NCBI GenBank assembly: GCA_963761335.1
Contig: CAVXGR010000016.1
Span: forward strand, 256,001-320,000
DNA: 64,000 nt
Reading direction: 5' to 3'
Source of the DNA: an uncultured delta proteobacterium
GTDB lineage: Bacteria; Desulfobacterota; Binatia; HRBIN30; BPIQ01
Part shown: positions 9,950 to 18,571 of the stretch, in pieces
Layout of the letters: each line of letters begins with the position of its first letter
Numbering within the stretch: position 1 is the first letter of the stretch
Translations under genes and position numbers: made by a program
The notes under the pieces: model-generated
What the model was told of the DNA's origin: nothing
What the model saw: the letters and a program-made list of their open reading frames with translations, nothing else
The model's database searches: none

Positions 9950-10597
9950 GTGGAACATTTTGCGCAACAGCTGGCGGTGTGGGGGCTGCCGGTGCTGGCG
10001 GCGATCATCCTGCACGAGGTGTCGCACGGCTTCGTCGCCAATCGGCTCGGTGATCCAACGGCGCGCCGCGCCGGCCGGCTGACGCTCAATCCATTCCCGC
10101 ACGTCGATCCGATCGGCACCCTACTGCTGCCGGGCTTCCTGCTGCTGATGAGCTCCCCGTTCGTCTTCGGCTACGCCAAGCCGGTGCCGGTGAACTTCCG
10201 CAATCTGCGCAACCCGAAGCGCGACATGATCTGGGTGGCCGCCGCCGGGCCGCTGACCAACATCGCCCTGGCGATCGCCAGTGCCCTCGTCTTCCGCGGC
10301 TTGGCGGGCACGCAGGTGATCGCCGGAACCTGGTCGGCCGTGCTGCTGATGGCGCTCGCCTCCATGCTCCAGGCGAGCGTGGTGATCAACATCGTGCTCG
10401 CGGTCTTCAACCTGCTGCCCATCCTGCCGCTCGACGGCGGCCGGGTGCTCACCGGGCTCCTGCCCGTGCCGCAGGCCATGGCGTTCTCGCGCCTCGAGCC
10501 GTACGGCTTCGTCATCATCGTGCTGCTGCTGGCCAGCGGCGCCCTCGACCGCGTCATCGGCCCGGTGATCAACGCCTTCCTGCGGGTGCTGCTCTAG
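9950..10597 (+). CDS. Site-2 protease family (M50) membrane zinc metalloprotease
   Basis: HEVSH, AGPLTN and NLLPILPLDGG motifs; several TM segments. Confidence 0.93.
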   Translation: MEHFAQQLAVWGLPVLAAIILHEVSHGFVANRLGDPTARRAGRLTLNPFPHVDPIGTLLLPGFLLLMSSPFVFGYAKPVPVNFRNLRNPKRDMIWVAAAGPLTNIALAIASALVFRGLAGTQVIAGTWSAVLLMALASMLQASVVINIVLAVFNLLPILPLDGGRVLTGLLPVPQAMAFSRLEPYGFVIIVLLLASGALDRVIGPVINAFLRVLL

Positions 10598-10599
10598 GA

Positions 10600-11610
10600 G
10601 TGCCGGTGAGCGTCATCGTCAGCGGCATGCGGCCCACCGGCCGACTTCACCTCGGCCACCTGCACGGCGCCCTGCGCAACTGGATCCGCCTGCAGAGCGA
10701 GCAGCGCTGCTTCTTCTTCGTGGCCGACTGGCACGCGCTCACCTCGGATCCCGAGCACACCGCCGGGGTGCGCAGCAACAGCATCGAGATGGTCATCGAC
10801 TGGCTGGCCGCCGGGCTCGACCCGCAGAAGGCGGTGGTCTTTCAGCAGTCGGCAATCAAGGAGCACGCCGAGCTCTTTCTACTGCTCGCCATGATCACAC
10901 CGACGCCGTGGCTGCTGCGCAACCCGACGGTCAAGGAGCAGGCCCGCGACCTGGGCCTGGTGAGCGCCACCGAAGACGACAGCGAGCTCACCAAGCTGAA
11001 CTTCGGGCTGCTCGGCTACCCGGTGCTGCAGGCGGCCGACATCCTCATGTACAAGGCGCAGGGCGTGCCGGTGGGCGTCGATCAGGCGCCGCACATCGAG
11101 ATCACCCGCGAGATTGCCCGCCGCTTCAACAACTACTACGGTGACGTCTTTCCGGAGCCCGAGGCGCTGCTGACCGAGATTGCCAAGGTACCGGGCACCG
11201 ACGGCCGCAAGATGAGCAAGAGCTACAACAACGCCGTGCTGCTCGGCGACAGCCCCAAGGAGATCGAGACCAAGCTGTCGCGGATGATGACCGATCCGCG
11301 GCGCGTGCGTCGCAACGACCCGGGAGAGCCCGACGACTGCCCGGCGTTCAACCTGCACCGCATCTACTGCACCCCGGACGAGATCGACTACGTCACCAAG
11401 GGATGCCGCACCGCCGGGATCGGCTGCCTCGAGTGCAAGCAGGTGATGATCAAGCACGTGGTCGCCGACCTGGCGCCGATCCGCGAGCGCCGCAGCGAGC
11501 TCGAGCAGCGACCCGAAGAGGTCGGCGCTACGCTGGAGCGCGGCAACGCCATCGCCCGCGAGGTGGCGGCGCAGACCATGGCCGAGGTACGGGAGGCGGC
11601 GCGTCTATGA
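10600..11610 (+). CDS. trpS: Tryptophan--tRNA ligase
   Basis: SGMRPTGRLHLGH, YPVLQAADIL, VPVGVDQ, KMSKS. Confidence 0.97.
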   Translation: MPVSVIVSGMRPTGRLHLGHLHGALRNWIRLQSEQRCFFFVADWHALTSDPEHTAGVRSNSIEMVIDWLAAGLDPQKAVVFQQSAIKEHAELFLLLAMITPTPWLLRNPTVKEQARDLGLVSATEDDSELTKLNFGLLGYPVLQAADILMYKAQGVPVGVDQAPHIEITREIARRFNNYYGDVFPEPEALLTEIAKVPGTDGRKMSKSYNNAVLLGDSPKEIETKLSRMMTDPRRVRRNDPGEPDDCPAFNLHRIYCTPDEIDYVTKGCRTAGIGCLECKQVMIKHVVADLAPIRERRSELEQRPEEVGATLERGNAIAREVAAQTMAEVREAARL

Positions 11611-12566
11611 GCGCAGAGGACGAGACGCAGACAGTCGCCGAGGACGACAGCCGCGAGGGAACGGCGACGCCGGGAGGGCAGCGCCCGCAAGTGAAGCTCG
11701 CCGTCTTCGAAGGGCCCCTCGATCTGCTGCTGCACCTGATCAAGCGCAGCGAGGTGGAGATCACCGACATTCCGATCGCCACCATCACCGAGCAGTACCT
11801 GGCCTATATCGAGATGATGCGCGACCTCAATCTCGACCTCGCCGGTGAGTTCCTGGTGATGGCCGCGACCCTGACGCTGATCAAGTCGCGCATGCTGCTG
11901 CCCGAGGAGCCCGCCGATCCGGAAGAGGAGGAGGGCGATCCGCGCGCCGATCTGGTGCGCCAGCTGCTCGAGTATCAGCGCTATCGGGAGGCGGCGGTGA
12001 CTCTGGCCGAGCGGCCGCGGCTCGATCAGGACGTCTTTGCGCGCGAGCCCTCCTGGGACGGCGAGGAGGCGCTCGCCGCTGAGCCGGCGCCGTTGAAGGT
12101 GACGGTGTGGGAGCTTCTGGAGGCGTTTCGCCGCGTCCTCGAGCGCGCCCGCCCGGCGCGCGTTCACGAGGTGGTGCTGGAGCAGGTGTCGCTGCGCGAG
12201 CGCGTCGGCTTCGTGCTCTCGCGCTTGCGCGTCGCGCGCCGGCTCGATTTCGAAGCGCTCTTTCCCGACGACGCCAGCCGGCTGGAGTTCATCGTGACCT
12301 TTCTCGCCATTCTCGAGCTGGTGCGCCTGCGCGCCGTGCAGGCGCACCAGCTCGAGGGCTTCGGTCCCATCGTCCTGATGCTCAACGAGTACGGCGATTC
12401 CGTGGACCTCGATGCGATCGAGGAGTACGAGGCGCCACCGGAGAACGGCCAAGGCGCCGCGGGAGAAGAAAGCGCGCCGAGAGAAACAACGGAAAGCATA
12501 ACCGCGGAGGGCGCCGAGACAGAAGAGAGGGCGCCGAGCGATGAGCCCGACAACTCGACGAGCTGA
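11607..12566 (+). CDS. scpA: Segregation/condensation protein A (kleisin)
   Basis: FEGPLDLLLHLI, EFLVMAATLTLIKSRMLLP, VTFLAILEL. ATG at 11607 overlaps the trpS stop (ATGA). Confidence 0.95.
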   Translation: MSAEDETQTVAEDDSREGTATPGGQRPQVKLAVFEGPLDLLLHLIKRSEVEITDIPIATITEQYLAYIEMMRDLNLDLAGEFLVMAATLTLIKSRMLLPEEPADPEEEEGDPRADLVRQLLEYQRYREAAVTLAERPRLDQDVFAREPSWDGEEALAAEPAPLKVTVWELLEAFRRVLERARPARVHEVVLEQVSLRERVGFVLSRLRVARRLDFEALFPDDASRLEFIVTFLAILELVRLRAVQAHQLEGFGPIVLMLNEYGDSVDLDAIEEYEAPPENGQGAAGEESAPRETTESITAEGAETEERAPSDEPDNSTS

Positions 12567-12650
12567 CAACCCAACAACCCAACAACCCAACAACCCAACA
12601 CCCCAACAACCCAACAACCCAACAACCCAACAACCTAACAACCTAACAAC
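12567..12650. repeat. Tandem octamer repeat (CAACCCAA) x10.5
   Basis: Ten full 8-bp units plus CAAC, including one CACCCCAA and two CAACCTAA variants, filling the scpA-scpB spacer. Confidence 0.95.
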
Positions 12651-12662
12651 TGGGGGGTGGTG

Positions 12663-13466
12663 ATGGAGGAAGCGCAGCAAATGCCGGACAGCGAAAGACA
12701 GGACATCGAGAACGAGGCCCAGCTCGAAGCAGAGGGCGGGGCGGCGGCCGCGGACACGCGGCTGGCGGCGATCATCGAGTCGCTGCTCTTCGCGGCGGGC
12801 GAGCCGATGACGCTGCGCCGGCTGGCGGAGATCCTCAACGGGCCGTCGCCGGCAGAGGTGCGCGCCGCGCTGGACGAGGTGGCGCGCGGCTGCGAGGCGG
12901 AAGGCCGCGGCGTGCGCCTGGTCGAGGTCGCCGGCGGTTATCAGTTGCGCACCTCTCGGGAGAACGCCGAATGGGTCAAGGCGATCTTCCGCGAGCGGCC
13001 GCGCCGGCTGGGCCGCGCCGCGTTGGAGACGCTGGCGGTGATCGCCTACCGCCAGCCGATCACGCGCGCCGAGGTCGAGGCCATCCGCGGCGTCGACATC
13101 GACGCGGTGCTGAACACCCTGCTGCAGCGCAACCTGGTGCGCGTCAGCGGCCGCAAGGAGACCGTCGGCCGGCCGCTTCTGTACGCCACCTCGGAGAACT
13201 TTCTGGAGATCTTCGGCCTGCGCGACCTGAACGAGCTGCCGACCCTGAAGGAGATCTCGGCGACCCCCGAGGAGACCGAGGAGCAGAAGAATGAACAGTC
13301 CCAAACCGAGCCCGCAGGGGATACGCCTGCAGAAGCTGCTGAGCCAGGCGGGGATCTCCTCGAGGCGGAAGGCGGAGGAGCTGATCCGCGAGGGGAAGGT
13401 GCGGGTGAACGGGCGGACGATCTCGGAGCTGGGGACGAGAGCGGATCCGACCCGCGATCAGATTAG
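12663..13466 (+). CDS. scpB: SMC-Scp complex subunit ScpB
   Basis: IESLLFAAGEP, AGGYQLRT, ALETLAVIAYRQPITRAEVEAIRGV, GRPLLYAT; acidic tail. Confidence 0.95.
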   Translation: MEEAQQMPDSERQDIENEAQLEAEGGAAAADTRLAAIIESLLFAAGEPMTLRRLAEILNGPSPAEVRAALDEVARGCEAEGRGVRLVEVAGGYQLRTSRENAEWVKAIFRERPRRLGRAALETLAVIAYRQPITRAEVEAIRGVDIDAVLNTLLQRNLVRVSGRKETVGRPLLYATSENFLEIFGLRDLNELPTLKEISATPEETEEQKNEQSQTEPAGDTPAEAAEPGGDLLEAEGGGADPRGEGAGERADDLGAGDESGSDPRSD

Positions 13467-14157
13467 CGTCGACGGGCGCCCTCTGCGCCTGCCGCAGGAG
13501 CTGACCTACATCCTCCTGCACAAGCCCGTGGGCGTGGTGACCACCCTCTCCGATCCCGAGGGGCGGCGCACGGTGCGCGATCTGCTCGCCGGTGTCCGCC
13601 TGCGCGTCTACCCCGTCGGCCGGCTGGACTACACGTCTTCGGGTCTGCTGATGCTCACCAACGACGGCGAGCTGACGATGCGCCTCATGCACCCGCGCTA
13701 CGGCATCGAGCGCGAGTACGTGGTGAAGACCAAGGGAGTGCCGGACGCCGCCGCCATCGACAGGTTGCGCCGCGGCGTGCGCCTCGACCGCGGCCGCGGC
13801 CGGCCGGCGAGCGCCCAGGTCTCGGTCGAGAAGCGGCAGGAAAGCAAGGCCTGGCTGCGCGTCGTGGTCACCGAGGGGCGTACCCACGAGGTGCGCCGCC
13901 TGTGCGCCGCCGTCGGCCTCGACGTCGAGAAGCTGCGCCGCGTCCGCTATGGCCCACTCGAGCTCGGCGATCTCGAGCCCGGCGAGTACCGCCTGCTGAC
14001 CGCCGCCGAGGTCACCGCCCTGCGCCGCGCCACCGGTCTCCTGGGCGGCTCCGCCGCCGCCGCGCCGCGCACCTCGCAGGGAGCCCGCGTCGAGGTGCGC
14101 TCGCGCAAGCGCCGCCCCACGGCGCCGTCACGCACGGGGAGCACCGCCCGCCGCTGA
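13291..14157 (+). CDS. rluB: RsuA/RluB family rRNA pseudouridine synthase
   Basis: S4 domain RLQKLLSQAGISSRRKAEELI, HKPVG, catalytic PVGRLD, EGRTHEVRR. Follows scpB. Confidence 0.9.
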   Translation: MNSPKPSPQGIRLQKLLSQAGISSRRKAEELIREGKVRVNGRTISELGTRADPTRDQISVDGRPLRLPQELTYILLHKPVGVVTTLSDPEGRRTVRDLLAGVRLRVYPVGRLDYTSSGLLMLTNDGELTMRLMHPRYGIEREYVVKTKGVPDAAAIDRLRRGVRLDRGRGRPASAQVSVEKRQESKAWLRVVVTEGRTHEVRRLCAAVGLDVEKLRRVRYGPLELGDLEPGEYRLLTAAEVTALRRATGLLGGSAAAAPRTSQGARVEVRSRKRRPTAPSRTGSTARR

Positions 14158-14253
14158 GCCGGCGGGAGATGATTGCAGAGTCGATCCGGCAAACTGGGAC
14201 AGTGCTTTGGAGCAGGGTAGTGTATCAGTTTGATTCCGACGCACGGGCACCAG

Positions 14254-14400
14254 GTCCCTCTCCCCGCACTTCCGCGGGGAGAGGGCAGGTGAGGGGTCCC
14301 TTTCTGTTCCCTGAAAGCTCGTCGTTGACTACGCACCTTTAAGGAAGATCGGCACCCTCACCCCTGCCCCTCTCCCGCAGGCAATGCGGGAGAGGGTGAC
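14254..14400. repeat. ~145-bp MITE/REP-doublet element (repeat family B), copy 1
   Basis: Terminal hairpins CCCTCTCCCCGC..GCGGGGAGAGGG and CCCTCTCCCGC..GCGGGAGAGGG; homologous over its whole length to the reverse complement of 19836-19978. Confidence 0.85.
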
Positions 14401-14448
14401 GCCGAACGGCCCGAAATGAATTGAGGCACTACTTGGCGCCCCCGTGCG

Positions 14449-14478
14449 TTGACTTCCGCGACCGCCGCCGCTATCACT
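14449..14478 (+). promoter_or_regulatory. Putative sigma70 promoter of tRNA-fMet
   Basis: TTGACT (14449-14454), 17-bp spacer, TATCAC(T) (14472-14478), just upstream of the tRNA. Confidence 0.5.
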
Positions 14479-14490
14479 GATGGTTCGCGA

Positions 14491-14567
<77 letters not shown>

Positions 14568-14573
14568 TCGAGA

Positions 14574-14606
14574 AAGCCCCGCAGGTCCGCGCCTGCGGGG
14601 CTTCTC
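14574..14606 (+). terminator. Hairpin downstream of the tRNA (likely terminator)
   Basis: Perfect 12-bp stem AAGCCCCGCAGG/CCTGCGGGGCTT with 6-nt loop; weak U-tail. Confidence 0.6.
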
Positions 14607-14670
14607 GCATTGGGGCCAGACGCTTGCATCGCCGGAAAGCACTCGTGTACAAGCGCTGCGGTAGTGCCGA

Positions 14671-15438
14671 ATGGCGGAGCGCGAGCCTCGATCGAAGGAG
14701 CACGTCGACAGGGACGGGGTGAGGACGGTCGAGGGCTCGGGGGTGCGTCTGAGCGTCTGGCTGCTGGCGCTGGCGATGACCCTGGTCGGCCTGGCCGTTT
14801 TCGTCGTTGTCCGCCCGGCGCTGGAGAAGCCGGCGCCGGAGCCCGCGGCGTCCGACGTCGCCGCCGAGCGGCCCGCGCCAGCGGCAATGGCGCCGGAGAA
14901 ACAAGCGCAGCGGAGAGCCCCGGCGACGATTCCGGCGGCCGCGCCCCTCCAGCAGCAGCCCGAGGACCGGCCAGCGCCGCAGGCGGCGGCGCCTCGGCCG
15001 GAGCCGGTCGAAGCCGGCGGAGAGCCGGCGGCCGCAGCCGATGAGTCGCTTGCGGCCGAAGCTGCCGATGAGGAGGCTGTGCCGGCGAACCAGGGCGATC
15101 AGCCGACCGGCATCGCGGTATTCCCGCCGCCAGGGACGAAGCCGATCAAGCGCGGCATCGTCGTCCCCGAGGGCATCGAGCTGCCGCCCGGCTACATTCG
15201 CCATTATCAGACCACCGACGACGGCCGGCAGCTGCCGCCGATCCTGATGTTCCATCCCGACTATCACCCCGTCGACGAGAACGGCGATCCGATTCCCCTT
15301 CCCGAGGATCGCGTCGTCCCCCCGGATATGGCCCCTCCGGGCATGCCCACCGAGACGCTGCAGGTTCCCGACGAGGGTGCCCCCGACGACGCCTGGCCGG
15401 CAGGACCCTCGCAGGGTCGCCGGAGAACGGAGCGCTAG
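14671..15438 (+). CDS. Hypothetical single-pass membrane protein with Pro/Ala linker and a compact C-terminal domain
   Basis: N-terminal TM (VWLLALAMTLVGLAVFVVV), low-complexity stalk, then GIAVFPPPGTKP...GYIRHYQTTDDG...ILMFHPDY. Confidence 0.75.
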   Translation: MAEREPRSKEHVDRDGVRTVEGSGVRLSVWLLALAMTLVGLAVFVVVRPALEKPAPEPAASDVAAERPAPAAMAPEKQAQRRAPATIPAAAPLQQQPEDRPAPQAAAPRPEPVEAGGEPAAAADESLAAEAADEEAVPANQGDQPTGIAVFPPPGTKPIKRGIVVPEGIELPPGYIRHYQTTDDGRQLPPILMFHPDYHPVDENGDPIPLPEDRVVPPDMAPPGMPTETLQVPDEGAPDDAWPAGPSQGRRRTER

Positions 15439-15856
15439 CGCGACCCACAATCGCGGCGTTGCGCCGTTGCGTGAGTCCCCGGGACCCGGGGACAGGCACC
15501 TTTTCGGCGATGCTCGGCGCGTACCTGATCGCATCGGGGTTGCGCCGAAAGGAGCCAGGCCCCAGCCCCCAGCCCCCTTTCTGCCGTCGGGGCGCAAGAT
15601 TTTTCTTGACGAATTTTTCTCGAACGTGTTAGACGGCGCCCCAGCTTGACTCCGAGACCCCGGATGCAGCGTCTTGGTTGGCACTCGGGGTGTACCGCAA
15701 TCCCGCGCGGAGGGGCGTTTCGTCTGTCGCACAGAGGAGGGGGACAAATGGCGCGTGCCCGTGAGCCGACCGCCCCGTAGCGGCGCGATCCGTTCCATAC
15801 TCGGCCATTTCTGGACTTCAATCGGCTGGCCGCGCTGAGCGGCCCAGGAGGGGGAA

Positions 15857-16960
15857 ATGCAGCAAAAGGTGAAGCACCGTGGGCGAGGGTTTCTGATCGT
15901 GTTGTGCGCCGGCGTCCTGGCGTTGGCGTCCGAGGCCGGAGCGAACACCGTCACCCAGAACGTCTCGTGGACGATCAACCGCTCCGGAACCTCGACCAAA
16001 TACAGAGAGGTGGCCTACGGCGACTCGATCTACGCCGGCTACCACGGATCCATCTGGGACGTCGCCGTCTGGTCGGCTCCCAACGTGCAGGCGGACTACG
16101 CCTCCAATTACTGGGGCACGGACATGGAGATCATTCGTCGCTGCAAGTCGGGCGCCGTGGCCTCGGATATCTACAACAACAAGATCGTCAAAGAGAAGAA
16201 GTACATGCAGACCTCGAACACCCGCATCGTCACCTTCGAGATGTGCGGCAACGACGGCCTGCAGGCGCGCAGCAGCTTCGCCGGCCAGAGCGGCACGTGC
16301 AACTACTCCGTGCTCAACACCGCCCTCAGCAACTGCACGACGTACCTCCAGAAGGCGATGCAGTTCATCAACGCCAACGCCTACTCGGGCACCAAGCTGA
16401 AGGTCGTCGCCAACCTGTACTATCCCGGCTATGCCGCCGACAACCACCTGAGCTCGTGCACGGATTCGAGCACCGGCCAGAAGGTCAACCTGCAGAGCGC
16501 CTTCCTCCCCTATCTGGCGAAGATCAACTGGCGCACCTGCAACGACGCCGCCCAGTACGGCTTCAAGTGCGCCGACAGCTTCGCGCAGTTCATGGGCGCC
16601 GACTACGACTCGAACGGCGACGGCGCCGTCGACTCCGAGGCGCTCAAGTACGTGCAGGGCGAGTCCGAGGCGGCCTATGTGACCCGCATCACTTCGACGT
16701 TGCGCTCGACCATCCGCGACGCCAACGGGCACCTGGCGAACGCCAGCACCAGCTACGACTACATCCAGTCGGATGACACCCACCCCACCTACGACGGCGG
16801 CACGGTCTGGGTCGGCCTCTTCGGGGGAACCGGCTCGGGCTCCGCGGCGCCGGACTTCACGCCGAGCCAGTTCGTGAACGGCAAGAACCCGGTGTGGAAC
16901 CAGTACGGCCACGAGCGCATGGGCTGGACGCTGTCGACCTACAACCCTGCGGCGCCGTGA
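15857..16960 (+). CDS. Secreted SGNH/GDSL hydrolase
   Basis: RBS GGAGG, signal peptide, block I YGDSI, block II KSGA, block III MCGND, block V DDTHP; several Cys. Confidence 0.85.
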   Translation: MQQKVKHRGRGFLIVLCAGVLALASEAGANTVTQNVSWTINRSGTSTKYREVAYGDSIYAGYHGSIWDVAVWSAPNVQADYASNYWGTDMEIIRRCKSGAVASDIYNNKIVKEKKYMQTSNTRIVTFEMCGNDGLQARSSFAGQSGTCNYSVLNTALSNCTTYLQKAMQFINANAYSGTKLKVVANLYYPGYAADNHLSSCTDSSTGQKVNLQSAFLPYLAKINWRTCNDAAQYGFKCADSFAQFMGADYDSNGDGAVDSEALKYVQGESEAAYVTRITSTLRSTIRDANGHLANASTSYDYIQSDDTHPTYDGGTVWVGLFGGTGSGSAAPDFTPSQFVNGKNPVWNQYGHERMGWTLSTYNPAAP

Positions 16961-16963
16961 TCC

Positions 16964-17812
16964 TCACCACGGCAGAAAACGGATGACCACGAGCATCGGG
17001 ACGCTGCCGTAGTAGGCGATCCGGTGCCCGATCTCCACGGCCCGCCGCACCCTCGCCGCGCGCGAGGGTGCGGCGAGGGCCGCGCCGAAGGCGACCGTCT
17101 CGGCGATTCCCCGCCAGAGCGCTCCGTAGAGCACGAGATAGAGCGTCAGCGTTCCCCAGTAGACGCCGAAGGTGCGTAGATAGGCGCCCAGCCCGACCAG
17201 GTAATACTGGCCGAAGGTGCCGCCGTAGGCGATGTGCTGGTGCACGCGGAACAGGGGTAACGTCGGCACCAGAGCGAATCCCGGATACTTGGCGAGCAGG
17301 TGATACCAGCGCCGCCGACGGACGTGCTGCTTGGCGCTGGCGTATGCCGCCGCCGGTTGTCGCATGGCCGTGCGCGCCTGCTCCGGCCCGCCGGCGGCCG
17401 CCAGGGCCGCGAGGAGCGCGGCTGGGTCCGCCGTCTGCAGCCCGTACCGAAAGCGGCGACCCGTTCGCCGCCGCAGCCATACGCCGCTGCCGGGGAGCGG
17501 CACTCTCCACACGTCCACCCGGGCGATGGCGCTGCACGGGATCTCGACCCGTCGCTCGCGGTGGAGCAGCAGCAGTCGGCCGGCGTCGACCCGGACCTCC
17601 ACGGAGAAAGCGAGCTCGATCAGCCAGGCGGCGACTCCCGGGGCGACGCTGAGGATGAGGAGCGCGCGCACCAGCATCAGCGGCATGATCGGCGGATTGC
17701 GCGAGAAGATGACCAGCGCCAGCAGCGCCGGCAAGCTGCCGCGGCTGATCGCCAAGAAGACGGCCGCGATGATGCGCCAGGGGAAGGGGTAGGCGACGCC
17801 TTTGATGCTCAT
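16964..17812 (-). CDS. Hypothetical multi-pass membrane protein
   Basis: About five hydrophobic segments around a soluble beta-rich insert; HQHIAYGGTFGQYY motif. Confidence 0.75.
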   Translation of the reverse strand: MSIKGVAYPFPWRIIAAVFLAISRGSLPALLALVIFSRNPPIMPLMLVRALLILSVAPGVAAWLIELAFSVEVRVDAGRLLLLHRERRVEIPCSAIARVDVWRVPLPGSGVWLRRRTGRRFRYGLQTADPAALLAALAAAGGPEQARTAMRQPAAAYASAKQHVRRRRWYHLLAKYPGFALVPTLPLFRVHQHIAYGGTFGQYYLVGLGAYLRTFGVYWGTLTLYLVLYGALWRGIAETVAFGAALAAPSRAARVRRAVEIGHRIAYYGSVPMLVVIRFLPW

Positions 17813-17846
17813 ACACTCTTCTGATCGCGCCGGTCAGGTCTTCTGC

Positions 17847-18560
17847 CTACTTGCGGGAGCGCAGCAGTGCTTCGGCGCCGGCAACGTCTTCCGCGGTGGT
17901 GATCTCCAGCCGCCCGCGGACGGGAACGGCGAGGACGCGGCCGCCGCTGGGAATGAAGGCATTGAGCGCCGTGGTGACATGGCGCTCGCCGTCGTGCGTT
18001 TCGGCCGTGGCGAGGTAGAGCGACAGCTCGGCCGTAAGCCAATAGAGCGGCATCGCCACTAGGCCGGAGAGGGGGGTTGTGGGCTTCTCGACGATCTCGC
18101 GAACCAGCTCGCCGTCGAGGCGCACGGCGCTGCGGCTCCGGGTCGCGGCCTCGCCCATGTCGAGAACGCCGACGGCAGCGGCGCCGGGCTCGGCGCGGCC
18201 GCGGGCGATGAGATGGACGATGTCCCCGGGCTCGAAGAGGCTGTCACAGGCGCAGGCGACGTAGGCGTCGGTGGCGAGACAGCGGGCGCCGATGAGAACC
18301 GCCTCGGCGATGCCGCGCCGTTCCGCCTGCACGGCGACGTCGACGTCGGCCGCGTAGCGGCGCAGATGGCGGCGAAGTCGCTGGTCATCGGCGTGGGCGA
18401 CGACCACCAGACGATCGACGCCGGCGGCGCGCAAGCGGTCGATGACGTGGTCGATCAGCGGCCGACCGTCGATGGGAACCATGGGCTTCGAGTGTCTCTT
18501 GCCGATCTCTCCGAGCCGCTTTCCGGCGCCGGCCGCCAGGATCACCGCGCTGCACGACAT
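17847..18560 (-). CDS. Sugar-phosphate nucleotidyltransferase (NTP_transferase family)
   Basis: AVILAAGAGKRL...SKPMVPIDGRP, EKP motif; ATG at 18560. Confidence 0.88.
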   Translation of the reverse strand: MSCSAVILAAGAGKRLGEIGKRHSKPMVPIDGRPLIDHVIDRLRAAGVDRLVVVAHADDQRLRRHLRRYAADVDVAVQAERRGIAEAVLIGARCLATDAYVACACDSLFEPGDIVHLIARGRAEPGAAAVGVLDMGEAATRSRSAVRLDGELVREIVEKPTTPLSGLVAMPLYWLTAELSLYLATAETHDGERHVTTALNAFIPSGGRVLAVPVRGRLEITTAEDVAGAEALLRSRK

Positions 18561-18571
18561 GAGACGCTGCC

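Noticed and set aside
15440..15850. Known riboswitch in the SGNH leader
   Set aside because: I could not recognise the conserved core of any riboswitch class by eye; an Rfam scan is needed.
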